44,978 nt of DNA, from positions 1 through 44,978 of the forward strand of contig OZ219921.1 of the NCBI GenBank assembly GCA_964291415.2, written 5' to 3'. Both the position numbers and the translations under genes were made by a program. This document shows, in pieces, positions 36,133-44,978 of the stretch. The notes under the pieces are model-generated. The model searched no databases. It was not told the DNA's origin and saw nothing but the letters and a program-made list of their open reading frames with translations. Source of the DNA: Alphaproteobacteria bacterium (GTDB lineage: Bacteria; Pseudomonadota; Alphaproteobacteria; SP197). Positions within the stretch are counted from its first letter, which is position 1. Each line of letters starts with the position of its first letter.

Positions 36133-37658
36133 GGCGGATGAGCGGCGTCCGGCTGCAGGAGTATCGGAAAGCGCTCGCGCAGGCGCCGGTCGAGCGCCCG
36201 GGAAAAGTGCTCCGTCCGGTGGTCCCGAAGGATCCGCCGGGCTTCACGGCGCGCCCTTTCCCGGATGTCGAGCGCACCGGCTTCCTCCCACGCACCGGGC
36301 GGTTGCCGGTCCGCCATCCGGGGGTAGAGGTAGTCCCGGGTCATGGCGCCAAGGGTCTGTGAGTGGCCCAGATAGTGGCCCTCTCCGGTCACCACCTCGT
36401 TGACGGTATCGACCGACAGCGTGTCGTCGTTGACCTCGATGCCGCGGACCGTCCGCATGATGGCGCCGAGCATGTCGTTGTCGATGATGTAACTCTCCGG
36501 AGCGGCGCCGAGCAGGCTTGCGTGCATGCCGCAACTCTGGGTGATCATCGAACAGCCCGCCTGGGCGGCGAGGGTGACGGCACAGGCCTTCTCGTAGCCG
36601 GACTGGGCATCGGGAACCTTGGAATCGGTGATACCGGCCATGACGCTGCACGGCAGGCCGTAGTGACGGGCCATCTGGGTCGCGGCGGCGGCGGCGACCG
36701 CCTGTTCCCCGCTGCCACCGCACATGGCGCCGGTGCGCAGGTCCGAGACCAGGGGCTTGGGCCCGATGATGGCCACGCACTCGGGATCGATGAGGTGGCA
36801 GTAGACCAGCCCGGCAAGTGCCTCGGCCACCGCCTGAGCCACCGCCCCCGCCAGGGTCGCCGGCGCCGTGGCACCGGCCTGTCCGGCGGAAACCAGCATC
36901 ACCGGCATGCCGAGAGGAATGGCCCGTTCGAGAACCCACAAGGCTTCCTCGGCAAAGCGAAGAGGCGGAACCACATGGCACGAGAGCAGCATGGCGAAGG
37001 GCCGCTGGCGATACCGGCCCTCACCGCCGGCAATGGCATCGAGGAGTCCGACGACAGCCTCGACATTGCGGGCTGCGGTGATGCTGGTCCCGACATGCTT
37101 GGCGGTGCCGGCAACGATGGCATAGGCCGTGTTGATGTCGAAGGCGAGAGGGTCCTCGATGTCGCAGGCGACGAGCGAGCGATCGTAGAAGTGAATGTTC
37201 TCGAGGGTATCGACGATGCGGGCGACGTCGTGGAGGTCCCGTACCGTGGCGCTCCGGTAACGCCCCGTCTCCAGATCGACGATGTTGGGCGACGCACCGC
37301 CGGATCCGAAGTGAACCCGTCCGTCGGCAATGTCGAGGTCATGGTCACGGGTCTGCCCCCAGGCGACGAAGGAGCGCCGGCTGCACCGCAGCACCTCCTC
37401 GACGAGGGATGCCGGAAAGTGGAGCCGTCCGTTGCCGCAGACCCTGCCGCCCCGTTGGGTGACACGCTCGACCATCGGGGGAATGGCGCCCGAGAACCCG
37501 ACTTCTTCCATCAGCCGCATCACACACCGATGGATTGCCGTCACATCACTGTCAGAGAGCGGTCTGTAGCAACCGCCCGGGCAACCGGGCGACACCGCGG
37601 CGGCCGGCGCCTGACGGCGCTCCTCCATGCGGCGGTCCCGACCGCGCCGCCGGGTCAT
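36129..37658 (-). CDS. MttB-superfamily methyltransferase, non-pyrrolysine
   Basis: YRPLSDSDV..IH, GQAGATAPATLAGAVAQ, SDLRTGA, DSKVPDAQSGYEK, GHYLGH; no in-frame amber codon. Confidence 0.92.
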   Translation of the reverse strand: MTRRRGRDRRMEERRQAPAAAVSPGCPGGCYRPLSDSDVTAIHRCVMRLMEEVGFSGAIPPMVERVTQRGGRVCGNGRLHFPASLVEEVLRCSRRSFVAWGQTRDHDLDIADGRVHFGSGGASPNIVDLETGRYRSATVRDLHDVARIVDTLENIHFYDRSLVACDIEDPLAFDINTAYAIVAGTAKHVGTSITAARNVEAVVGLLDAIAGGEGRYRQRPFAMLLSCHVVPPLRFAEEALWVLERAIPLGMPVMLVSAGQAGATAPATLAGAVAQAVAEALAGLVYCHLIDPECVAIIGPKPLVSDLRTGAMCGGSGEQAVAAAAATQMARHYGLPCSVMAGITDSKVPDAQSGYEKACAVTLAAQAGCSMITQSCGMHASLLGAAPESYIIDNDMLGAIMRTVRGIEVNDDTLSVDTVNEVVTGEGHYLGHSQTLGAMTRDYLYPRMADRQPPGAWEEAGALDIRERARREARRILRDHRTEHFSRALDRRLRERFPILLQPDAAHPP

Positions 37659-37854
37659 GCGACGCCGCATCCCGCGCAGGGGGATCCGGGAAAGACACCG
37701 CCGAACTGGTCCTGAAGCAGAACGCGATTCACGCGCAGCTCCATCAAAGGCGGACCCAAGTATCGTCGCCTCGTGCAACGATGCAACGCCCATTGGCACC
37801 TTGCCGTGGAAAGAGTTCACAGCCACCATCCACCATCGGAGCCTGGAGACTGCC

Positions 37855-38991
37855 ATGACCGGCTTTACCATCAACAGCCACCTGACGGGTGAGAGCCGGT
37901 GGCGCCTGGCGACACCGGCCCTGGTGCTGGACCTCGATGCCTTCGAGCACAATGTCACAATCCTGGCAGCCCACTTCCGCCAGGCACAAGTCGGCTGGCG
38001 GCCCCACGCCAAGACCCACAAGTGTGCGGAGATCGCAAGGCGCCAGCTCGATGCCGGAGCGACGGGAATCTGTGTCGCCAAGCTCGGCGAGGCCGACGCC
38101 ATGGTCTGCGAGGGCGTCGACCGAATCCTCATCACCTCGCCCATCGTCACGGCCGACAAGCTCGAACGGGTTCTGGCGCTCAATGACACGGCGGAGGAAC
38201 TGATCCTCGTGGTCGACAACACCACAGTCGTCGACCACCTCGCTTCCCTTGCTGCCGGTCGCCAAAAACCGATGAAGGTCCTCATCGATCTTGGCATCGG
38301 TCTCAACCGCACCGGAGTCTCGTCCGTTGCGGATGCCGTGACCCTGGCAAGGGAGATCGTTCGCCGGCCCTCGCTCGACCTCGCCGGATTGCAGTGCTAC
38401 GCCGGCGATATCCAGCACATTGCGGACTGCGCCACGCGCGAGAGAGAGGCCGCCGAGGTGGCTGCCTACATCGACGAGACACGGCGCGCCATCACCGCGG
38501 TCGCCGGTCCTCCCGGAATCGTCACCGGCGGCGGCACAGGTACCTATGACCATGACTCCGGCTGCGGTGTCTTCACCGACATCCAGGTGGGCTCGGCGAT
38601 CTTCATGGACGTGGAGTACAACGCCGTGATGCGCCAGGACGGCACCGCCGGCCCCTTCCGGACCGCCCTTTTCGTGCAGTCGACGGTGATCTCGGCCAAC
38701 GTGGCCGGCGCCGTCACCATCGATGCCGGCATCAAGGCCCTCGCGACGGACGGACCGGCACCGGGTGTCGCCGGCGGCGCCCCGGAGGGATCACTCTACG
38801 AATTCATGGGGGACGAGCACGGCAGGATCGTCGTCAGGCCGGGAGCCAACGGACCCGCCGTCGGCGACGTCGTGACGTGCGTCACGCCCCACTGCGATCC
38901 TACGGTCAACCTCCACGACGTCTACCACTGCGTCCGCGGCGACCGTCTCGTCGACATCTGGCCCATCGAGGGCCGCGGCCGCACCTGGTAG
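37855..38991 (+). CDS. DSD1-family PLP enzyme (D-threonine / beta-hydroxy-D-amino acid aldolase-like)
   Basis: TPALVLDLD, RPHAKTHK, GGGTGT, DAGIKA, DEHG, PHCDPTVN. Confidence 0.92.
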   Translation: MTGFTINSHLTGESRWRLATPALVLDLDAFEHNVTILAAHFRQAQVGWRPHAKTHKCAEIARRQLDAGATGICVAKLGEADAMVCEGVDRILITSPIVTADKLERVLALNDTAEELILVVDNTTVVDHLASLAAGRQKPMKVLIDLGIGLNRTGVSSVADAVTLAREIVRRPSLDLAGLQCYAGDIQHIADCATREREAAEVAAYIDETRRAITAVAGPPGIVTGGGTGTYDHDSGCGVFTDIQVGSAIFMDVEYNAVMRQDGTAGPFRTALFVQSTVISANVAGAVTIDAGIKALATDGPAPGVAGGAPEGSLYEFMGDEHGRIVVRPGANGPAVGDVVTCVTPHCDPTVNLHDVYHCVRGDRLVDIWPIEGRGRTW

Positions 38992-39102
38992 GCCGAGTCC
39001 GCACGACTCGATCGCGAACGCGCTGTCATGCGCCGCCGGCCACGTGCCCGTGCGCGTGGTCCCGAGTTTGTCTGCGAGGAATGTCCTGGCCCCGGCCCGG
39101 CA

Positions 39103-39504
39103 TCACGCGAACGGAGCCACCCCCTCTGCCGCCGCGGCTTTGTTCAGGCGCCGGTCGAGGCTCGCCAGCGCGCACCCTTCGCGGATTGCGAGCTCCAGGT
39201 AGCTGGCGTCGTAGGCAGTCAGGTGGTGGGCGCGTGCCAGTGCCAGTAGCGCGCTGTCGTCGGTTTCGTCCACAAGCTGAATGCGAAGCCGGCGCAGCCG
39301 CATCATGCAGGTTTCGGCGTAGCCTCCGGCGATACGTCCACGACGCTCGGCCGAAAGAAGCAGGTTGCGCAACTCGTGCCAAAACACGCCCGGAACCTTT
39401 GCCGTCTCTTCGTCCAGCCGCTCCAGCGCAAGGTCGGCGAGCGTTGCCTGTTCGTCCGGCAGAACCCAGGCGGCCACCACCGAGGCATCGGAAACAAACG
39501 CCAT
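39103..39504 (-). CDS. vapC: VapC PIN-domain toxin
   Basis: FVSDASVVAAW, E..N.L, LTAYDASYLELA, LASLD. Confidence 0.9.
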   Translation of the reverse strand: MAFVSDASVVAAWVLPDEQATLADLALERLDEETAKVPGVFWHELRNLLLSAERRGRIAGGYAETCMMRLRRLRIQLVDETDDSALLALARAHHLTAYDASYLELAIREGCALASLDRRLNKAAAAEGVAPFA

Positions 39505-39746
39505 CAGCGCGTGTGCCCCTCGTGACGCCACGACAGGATCTCGGCTGTCGTCACCGCCTTCTGTTTCGCCCGTTCCCGGCGCAATGTCGCGCTCAGCGCG
39601 GCATGCTCGTCTGCTTCGGTAATCCGCGTCACGTGGGCGATCGGCGTCGCGCCGCGGCAGATCACCAGATCTTCACCGGCTTCCACGTCCACCAGCAATG
39701 CAGACAGATGCGTCTTCGCTTCGCCGATCTTCACACGTCGTGCCAC
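39504..39746 (-). CDS. Phd/YefM-family antitoxin
   Basis: VKIGEAKTHLSALL.DVEAGEDLVICRGATPIA; TGATG coupling to the toxin. Confidence 0.9.
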   Translation of the reverse strand: MARRVKIGEAKTHLSALLVDVEAGEDLVICRGATPIAHVTRITEADEHAALSATLRRERAKQKAVTTAEILSWRHEGHTR

Positions 39747-39922
39747 TGTCTTTCGCTCCTTGCCCGATATGCAGCGGTAGCCTCGCAATCCAGCAGCATA
39801 GCTCACGCACGATCTTGGTCAAGCACTTGGTCGCCCCACTCGCTCGCGTGACCGGTCGATCAGGCGCGACGATGTGAACCGTCCCAACAGGGATCACGAC
39901 AGCATCCGGTCGTGCCTGGCCG

Positions 39923-40939
39923 TCAGCGGTCGATGAGGTCGCGGATGGCCTCGTCGAGGAAGTCGTGGAAGGCCGGAACAGCATGGCCGCTGGCCACGCA
40001 ATGTCCCCAGACCGTCGGATAGACCCTGAGTTCGGCGTCGGGCATGCCCTTGACCTCGATCTCGCTGTCCTCGGGCGGGAAGTAAAGGTCGGTTGACGAG
40101 GGCATGACGATGGCCCGCGGCGTGATGGCGCCAAGCGCGCGGGCGAAATCGCCGCCATGGAGGTGATTGGCGCTGATGTCGCCCTTCTGCCAGGTCCAGA
40201 GCTTGTGAAGCAGGTTGTTGGCGTCCCAGTTGTCGACATGGTCGGCCTCCCAGTCGGCAAGGACGTCCTCGATGCTCTCGAAACCGAGATCGCGGTAGTG
40301 GGCCTCGCGGTACCATGTCTGCGAATAGGCCCAGCCGGCGTAGACCCGGCCGAAGGCCTTGAGACCGGTGACCGGCTGCTCCGCGTAATCGCCGCCCGAC
40401 CACGTTGCATCGGCGGTGAGTGCGGCCTTGACGCCTTCGAGGAAGACGATGTTGTGGGGCGATGTCCGCGCCGATCCGCAGAACGGCAGGATGGCGTCGA
40501 CCATGTCGGGATACTGGGCGCCCCACTGGAAGGACTGGCAGCCTCCCATGGACCAGCCGGTGACAAGGCGCAGGCGGGAGACCCCCAGCGCTTCCGTCAA
40601 CAGGCGGCGCTGGCAGGCGACATTGTCGAAGAAGGTGGTCCGCGGAAATCGCGGACCGTCCTGGGGGGCGGGATGATTGTCCGGTGACGACGACAGCCCG
40701 TTGCCGAAGAGGTCGATCGAGACGATGAAGTGCCGTGCCGGATCGAGCGCGCGCCCGGGACCGAAGTAGGCCTCGTTGTTGCGGTGGGTGCCCGTGTAGT
40801 AGGTGGGAATGAGAACCGCGTTGTCACCGGCCCGGTTCAGCGTGCCCCAGGTACGGTAGGCAAGGTGTGCGCCCTTGAGAATCTCCCCCGACTGCAGCGT
40901 GACGTCGCCAAGGGACCACGTCTCGAAGGAATCGGCCAT
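39923..40939 (-). CDS. Homoserine O-acetyltransferase-like (MetX-fold) alpha/beta hydrolase
   Basis: LAYRTWGTLN, GNGLSSSP, GWSMGG nucleophile, DLYFPP, WGH; TGATG coupling to the ligase. Confidence 0.85.
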   Translation of the reverse strand: MADSFETWSLGDVTLQSGEILKGAHLAYRTWGTLNRAGDNAVLIPTYYTGTHRNNEAYFGPGRALDPARHFIVSIDLFGNGLSSSPDNHPAPQDGPRFPRTTFFDNVACQRRLLTEALGVSRLRLVTGWSMGGCQSFQWGAQYPDMVDAILPFCGSARTSPHNIVFLEGVKAALTADATWSGGDYAEQPVTGLKAFGRVYAGWAYSQTWYREAHYRDLGFESIEDVLADWEADHVDNWDANNLLHKLWTWQKGDISANHLHGGDFARALGAITPRAIVMPSSTDLYFPPEDSEIEVKGMPDAELRVYPTVWGHCVASGHAVPAFHDFLDEAIRDLIDR

Positions 40940-42357
40940 CAATAGAGCCTCAGGTACTCGCGAACCTCCCAGTCCGTCACTTCCTGGTGGTAACGCTCCC
41001 ATTCGTCGAACTTGTAGGCAAGGAACGAGGCGTGCATCTGCTCGCCGATGACCTCCTTGACGAAGACATCGTCCCGCAGGATTTCGGCAGCCTCGAAGAG
41101 ATTGCGAGGCAGGCGCTGGGCGCCCGACCGGGCGAGCTCCGCTTCGCTGAGGCTGTAGAGGTCCTCGTTCAGCGGCGGCCCGGGATCGATTTCGGAGACG
41201 ATGCCTTCGGTCATGCAGGCCGCGGTCACGCCCAGGGCCAGATAGGGGTTCATGCACATGTCGGCTGCACGGTTCTCGATGCAGTAGCGGTTCTGCGGCA
41301 TGCGCAGCATGGCCGAACGGTTGTTGTAGCCGTAGGTCATGTGGGTCGGCGCCCAGGTGACCGTGCCGCCCTCGAAGCCGCCGACCCGGGGAACCAGGCC
41401 GTTGTAGGAGTTGACGGTCGGACAGGCGATGGCCGTCAGTGCCCCGCCATGCTGCAACAGGCCGCCGATGGCATGGCTCACCTCCGGCGACCAGCCGTCC
41501 GGTGATTCGAAGAGATTGGCGTCCGGCGACGCGGTACGGCGCATGGACGTGTTCATGTGGGCACCCGAGCGCCAGTCGCCGGTCGTCGGCTTGGGCATGA
41601 AGGTGATGAACATGCCGTGCTTCTTGGCGATTTCCTTGAGCAGGATTCTGAGGAAGACGAGGCGGTCCGCCATGGCCAGCGCATCGGTGTAGCCGAAATC
41701 GAGCTCGAACTGGCTGTAGGCCCCCTCGCAGACCACGTCGTGCAGGTCCCAGTCGAGTTCACCGTCGAGTATGTCGATCAGGTCGCCCAGAAACCCCATC
41801 GAATTGATGGAGTACTCGACGTCATAGCCAAAGGCCTGGCGCCGCGGACGCAGGCCTTCGTCAGCCTCCAGGTCGTCATCGAACGCCTTGACGGGCCTGC
41901 CGTCCTTCCAGCGCATGGCGATGAACTCGGGCTCGACACCGGCATAGACCAGGTAGCCCTTGTCCGCGCAGTCGGCGAGAATCCGCTTCATCGCCCCCCT
42001 GGGGCACAGGTTGTAGGGCTTGTCGGACCACCAGAGATCGGCAAAGACCCAGGCCATGGTCCGGTCCCAGGGGCACAATGTCAGGGAGTCGAGATCGGGA
42101 ACCATGATCTGGTCCGGATCCGCCGGACCCAGTTCAGGGACAAACGATACCGAATGCACGGCAAACTGCGGGCCCATCCCCCTGGCGAGCCGTTCCCAGT
42201 CGCTGAGCGGCACAGGCTTGGTCTTGGGCTGCCCCAGGAGATCGATCCAGCAGCACAGGATGTACTTGACGTTGTGTCCCGCCAGCCACTCGCCGGTCTC
42301 GCGGATCCGGTCGTCCGTTGGCAGCGCTTCGGCCATGGATTGCGGGAGTGGTGCCAT
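40939..42357 (-). CDS. Glutamine synthetase-family ligase (GlnT / gamma-glutamylamide synthetase-like)
   Basis: GVEPEF, QFELDF, TFMPKP...SGAH, PTVNSY, YGYNNRSAMLR, ENRAAD..NPYLA; GGAGGA RBS. Confidence 0.9.
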   Translation of the reverse strand: MAPLPQSMAEALPTDDRIRETGEWLAGHNVKYILCCWIDLLGQPKTKPVPLSDWERLARGMGPQFAVHSVSFVPELGPADPDQIMVPDLDSLTLCPWDRTMAWVFADLWWSDKPYNLCPRGAMKRILADCADKGYLVYAGVEPEFIAMRWKDGRPVKAFDDDLEADEGLRPRRQAFGYDVEYSINSMGFLGDLIDILDGELDWDLHDVVCEGAYSQFELDFGYTDALAMADRLVFLRILLKEIAKKHGMFITFMPKPTTGDWRSGAHMNTSMRRTASPDANLFESPDGWSPEVSHAIGGLLQHGGALTAIACPTVNSYNGLVPRVGGFEGGTVTWAPTHMTYGYNNRSAMLRMPQNRYCIENRAADMCMNPYLALGVTAACMTEGIVSEIDPGPPLNEDLYSLSEAELARSGAQRLPRNLFEAAEILRDDVFVKEVIGEQMHASFLAYKFDEWERYHQEVTDWEVREYLRLY

Positions 42358-42484
42358 GATCAAGAGTCCTCCGGTCAGCGGCGCTGACATTACCGCAAGC
42401 CCGTTCAGGATCAATCCGCCCGCGGTGGACGCCCAACAACCGGCGGTCTAGTGTGCGCCGGCTTCCCAAGGATGAGCAGCGCCC

Positions 42485-43780
42485 ATGGCCGGTCCCGGAC
42501 ACCCGCGTTTCGATACCCTTGCCCTCCATGGAGGGCAGAAGCCCGACCCCGTGACCGGGGCGCGTGCCGTTCCCCTCTACCAGTCGACCTCCTTCGTCTT
42601 CCCGTCGACCGATCATGCCGCCTCGCTCTTCAACCTCGAACGCGCCGGTCACATCTATTCACGCATTTCCAATCCAACCGTCTCCGTTTTCGAGGAGCGG
42701 ATCGCCGGTCTCGAGGGCGGTGTCGGGGCGGTGGCCACCGCAAGCGGCCAGGCAGCGCTTCACCTCGCCGTGGCCACGCTCATGGGCAACGGGGATCACA
42801 TCGTCGCGTCCGGATCGATCTACGGCGGCAGCCACAACATGTTCAACTACACGCTGCCCCGCTTCGGTATCACGACGACCTTCGTCAACCCCCGGGATCC
42901 GGATGCCTTCCGCCAGGCCATCGGTCGGCGCACGCGGCTTCTCTTCGGCGAGACACTCGGCAATCCCGGTCTCGAGGTCCTCGACATCCCGGCCGTCGCC
43001 GCAGTGGCCCACGAGGCCGGCGTGCCGCTGATGATCGACAGCACCTTCGCCTCCCCCTTCCTGTCCCGCCCGTTCGACCACGGCGCCGACCTCGTCATGC
43101 ACTCGGCCACCAAGTTCCTCGGTGGACACGGCGTTGCCATCGGCGGCGTGCTCGTCGACCGGGGCGCCTTCGACTGGGAGGCCAGCGGGCTTTTCCCCAC
43201 CCTCACCGAACCCTACGCCGGCTATCACGGCCTCGACTTCGCCGAGGAGTTCGGGCCGGGCGCTTTCATCATGCGGGCCCGCGCCGAGGGCTTGCGCGAC
43301 TTCGGCGCCTGCATGAGCCCGGCCAACGCGTTCTACCTGCTCCAGGGCGTGGAAACCCTGCCGCTGCGCATGACGCGCCATGTCGAGAACGCCCGTGCCG
43401 TCGTCGCCTTCCTTGCCGGACACGATGCGGTCAGCAGCGTCCTGTGGCCCGAACTCCCGTCCCATCCCGACCACGAGCTCTCGAAACGCCTGTTGCCGAA
43501 GGGTCCCGGCGCGATCTTCAGCTTCGAACTGAAGGGAGGCCGCGAGGCGGGCGTGAAGTTCATCGAGGCATTGCAGCTCTTTTCTCATCTCGCCAACGTC
43601 GGAGACGCCAAGTCGCTGGTCATCCATCCCGCCTCGACGACCCATCAGCAGATGGATGCGGCCGCCCTCGAGGCGGCCGGCATCTCCGAAGGACTCGTGC
43701 GTCTTTCCATCGGGCTCGAGGACCCGGACGATCTCGTCGCCGATCTCAAGCGCGGCCTCGCCGCCGCTTCCAGGGCCTGA
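42485..43780 (+). CDS. metY: O-acetylhomoserine sulfhydrylase
   Basis: ARAVPLYQSTSF, YSRISNPT, HSATKFLGGHG, HLANVGDAKSLVIHPASTTH. Confidence 0.93.
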   Translation: MAGPGHPRFDTLALHGGQKPDPVTGARAVPLYQSTSFVFPSTDHAASLFNLERAGHIYSRISNPTVSVFEERIAGLEGGVGAVATASGQAALHLAVATLMGNGDHIVASGSIYGGSHNMFNYTLPRFGITTTFVNPRDPDAFRQAIGRRTRLLFGETLGNPGLEVLDIPAVAAVAHEAGVPLMIDSTFASPFLSRPFDHGADLVMHSATKFLGGHGVAIGGVLVDRGAFDWEASGLFPTLTEPYAGYHGLDFAEEFGPGAFIMRARAEGLRDFGACMSPANAFYLLQGVETLPLRMTRHVENARAVVAFLAGHDAVSSVLWPELPSHPDHELSKRLLPKGPGAIFSFELKGGREAGVKFIEALQLFSHLANVGDAKSLVIHPASTTHQQMDAAALEAAGISEGLVRLSIGLEDPDDLVADLKRGLAAASRA

Positions 43781-43784
43781 GGCG

Positions 43785-44582
43785 ATGTCACTGGAACTTG
43801 CCGTCGACGGCCGCGCCGTCTTCGCAGCCACCGGCGGCAGGACATTCGATGCGGCACTGCCGGTGGTTCTCTTCGTCCACGGCGCCTCCATGAACCGCAC
43901 GGTCTGGTCGGCCCAGGCCCGCTGGTTTGCCCACCATGGCCACGCCGTCCTCGCCGTCGACCTGCCCGGACACGGCCGGTCGGAGGGGCCGCCCCTGCCT
44001 TCGGTCGGCGCCGTTGCCGACTGGCTCATCGGTGTTCTCGATGCCGCCGGAGTGGCCACGGCGTCCCTGGTCGGACATTCCATGGGTTCGCTGCCCGTCC
44101 TCGAGGCCGCCTCCCGCTACCCGTCGCGGTGCACACACATCGTGCTGCTGGGCACCAGCGTGCCGATGCCCGTCACCGACGCCCTGCTGCAGAACGCCCG
44201 GATCAACAGCCATGCCGCCTACGACATGGTGACCGTCTGGGGACACAGTCGTGCCGCCCAGATGGGAGGCTCGGACGTTCCGGGGCTGTGGATCACCGGC
44301 GGCGGCATGCGTCTGCTCGAACGCGGCGGCGACGGCGTCCTCTACAACGACATGAAGGCCTGCAACGACTACACGAACGGACTCGAGGCCGCCGCCGGGG
44401 TCACGTGCCCGGCGACGCTCATCCTCGGTGACAGGGACATGATGACGCCGCCGCGCAACGCCCGGGCCCTCATCGACGCCCTGCCCGATGGCCGCATGAC
44501 CGTGCTGGAGGGATGCGGCCACATGATGATGGCGGAGCGCCCCAACCTGACTCTCGACGCCCTCATCGACGCACTGACGTAG
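43785..44582 (+). CDS. Alpha/beta hydrolase
   Basis: FVHGA, DLPGHG, GHSMG, DMMTP, GHMM. Confidence 0.9.
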   Translation: MSLELAVDGRAVFAATGGRTFDAALPVVLFVHGASMNRTVWSAQARWFAHHGHAVLAVDLPGHGRSEGPPLPSVGAVADWLIGVLDAAGVATASLVGHSMGSLPVLEAASRYPSRCTHIVLLGTSVPMPVTDALLQNARINSHAAYDMVTVWGHSRAAQMGGSDVPGLWITGGGMRLLERGGDGVLYNDMKACNDYTNGLEAAAGVTCPATLILGDRDMMTPPRNARALIDALPDGRMTVLEGCGHMMMAERPNLTLDALIDALT

Positions 44583-44607
44583 ATGGAAGGCGCCTCTGTC
44601 GCGCTTG

Positions 44608-44650
44608 TCATGATCTGAAGATCGCGGGTCCAATTCCATCGCTGCCGCCA
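44608..44650 (+). other. Degenerate 3' half of tRNA-Met(CAT), likely an old att site
   Basis: TCATGATCTGAAGATCGCGGGTCCAATTCCATCGCTGCCGCCA resembles the recalled tRNA-fMet 3' half TCATAACCTGAAGGTCGTAGGTTCAAATCCT...CCA. Confidence 0.55.
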
Positions 44651-44978
44651 AGTCCGACATTCCGTTCCGCGGGATGTCGCTCGCTCTCGTCCCGGCCCGT
44701 TCGAGGATGGCGCCGTGAAGCGCGGCATGCCGGGTGTGACGACGACGCGCCCGATCAGCTCCCGGATGGCGCCGGCCGCCCCGTCGCGGTCGCGCGGGTC
44801 CGCCGGCGCCCGACCATCGGCGGTCCCGTCCTGGCAGACTTCCAGCCCGCAGAGCACGTCCCGTGCGCAGCGGCCTTCCCCGATGGCCGCGATCATCGAC
44901 GCCATCCGCTTTCGAACCCGGCCCCATGACATCCACGTAGGTTGAGACTCCGCATGCGGCGCGGGCTGGCGTCCGTCC
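44640..44978 (-). pseudogene. Degraded C-terminus of a large serine recombinase
   Basis: Frameshifted pieces ASMIAAIGEG, AAGAIRELIGRVVVTPG, HAALHGAILERAG...SDIPRNGMS match the typical alphaproteobacterial LSR tail. Confidence 0.6.

Noticed and set aside
36129-37658. Pyrrolysine recoding in mttB
   Set aside because: The ORF is continuous with no in-frame TAG.
39103-39746. Phd-VapC pair as a novel system
   Set aside because: Ordinary type II toxin-antitoxin module.
1-44978. CRISPR array, retron/DGR reverse transcriptase, rRNA or intact tRNA
   Set aside because: No spaced repeat array, RT motif or full cloverleaf was seen by eye; only the degenerate tRNA half at 44608-44650.

Overview
High-GC bacterial DNA, most likely an alphaproteobacterium and possibly a marine host-associated one (inference from gene content). 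Metabolic operons alternate with decaying mobile DNA. Core genes: nth, YjgN/M48 pair, cyclase, cobalamin genes (cobK, cbiD, cobA, cobB and a coupled TcuA/CobZ-like flavoprotein), FAA hydrolase, metY. There is also a methylated-amine set: Rieske oxygenase, TmoX-like binding protein, non-pyrrolysine MttB + flavin oxidoreductase + Xsc-like TPP enzyme + AraC operon, DSD1 aldolase, GlnT-like ligase + MetX-like hydrolase. Accessory DNA: an IS256 end next to a low-GC HipA-kinase / HipA-N gene pair; tyrosine integrase remnants around an AAA ATPase and a TbpB-like lipoprotein; a GAF-PAS-kinase-REC-wHTH fusion; a Phd-VapC TA pair; and a serine-recombinase remnant with a degenerate tRNA-Met att site. An ~8.9 kb island is bounded by a ~280 bp duplication of the tmoX 3' end and has a chimeric right junction. 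It carries an internally deleted LuxR-type regulator, a ~1800 aa Calx-beta autotransporter and remains of an XRE-ImmA / PIN / MBL module. No CRISPR array, rRNA or intact tRNA was seen. All calls come from motif recognition by eye; no searches were run.
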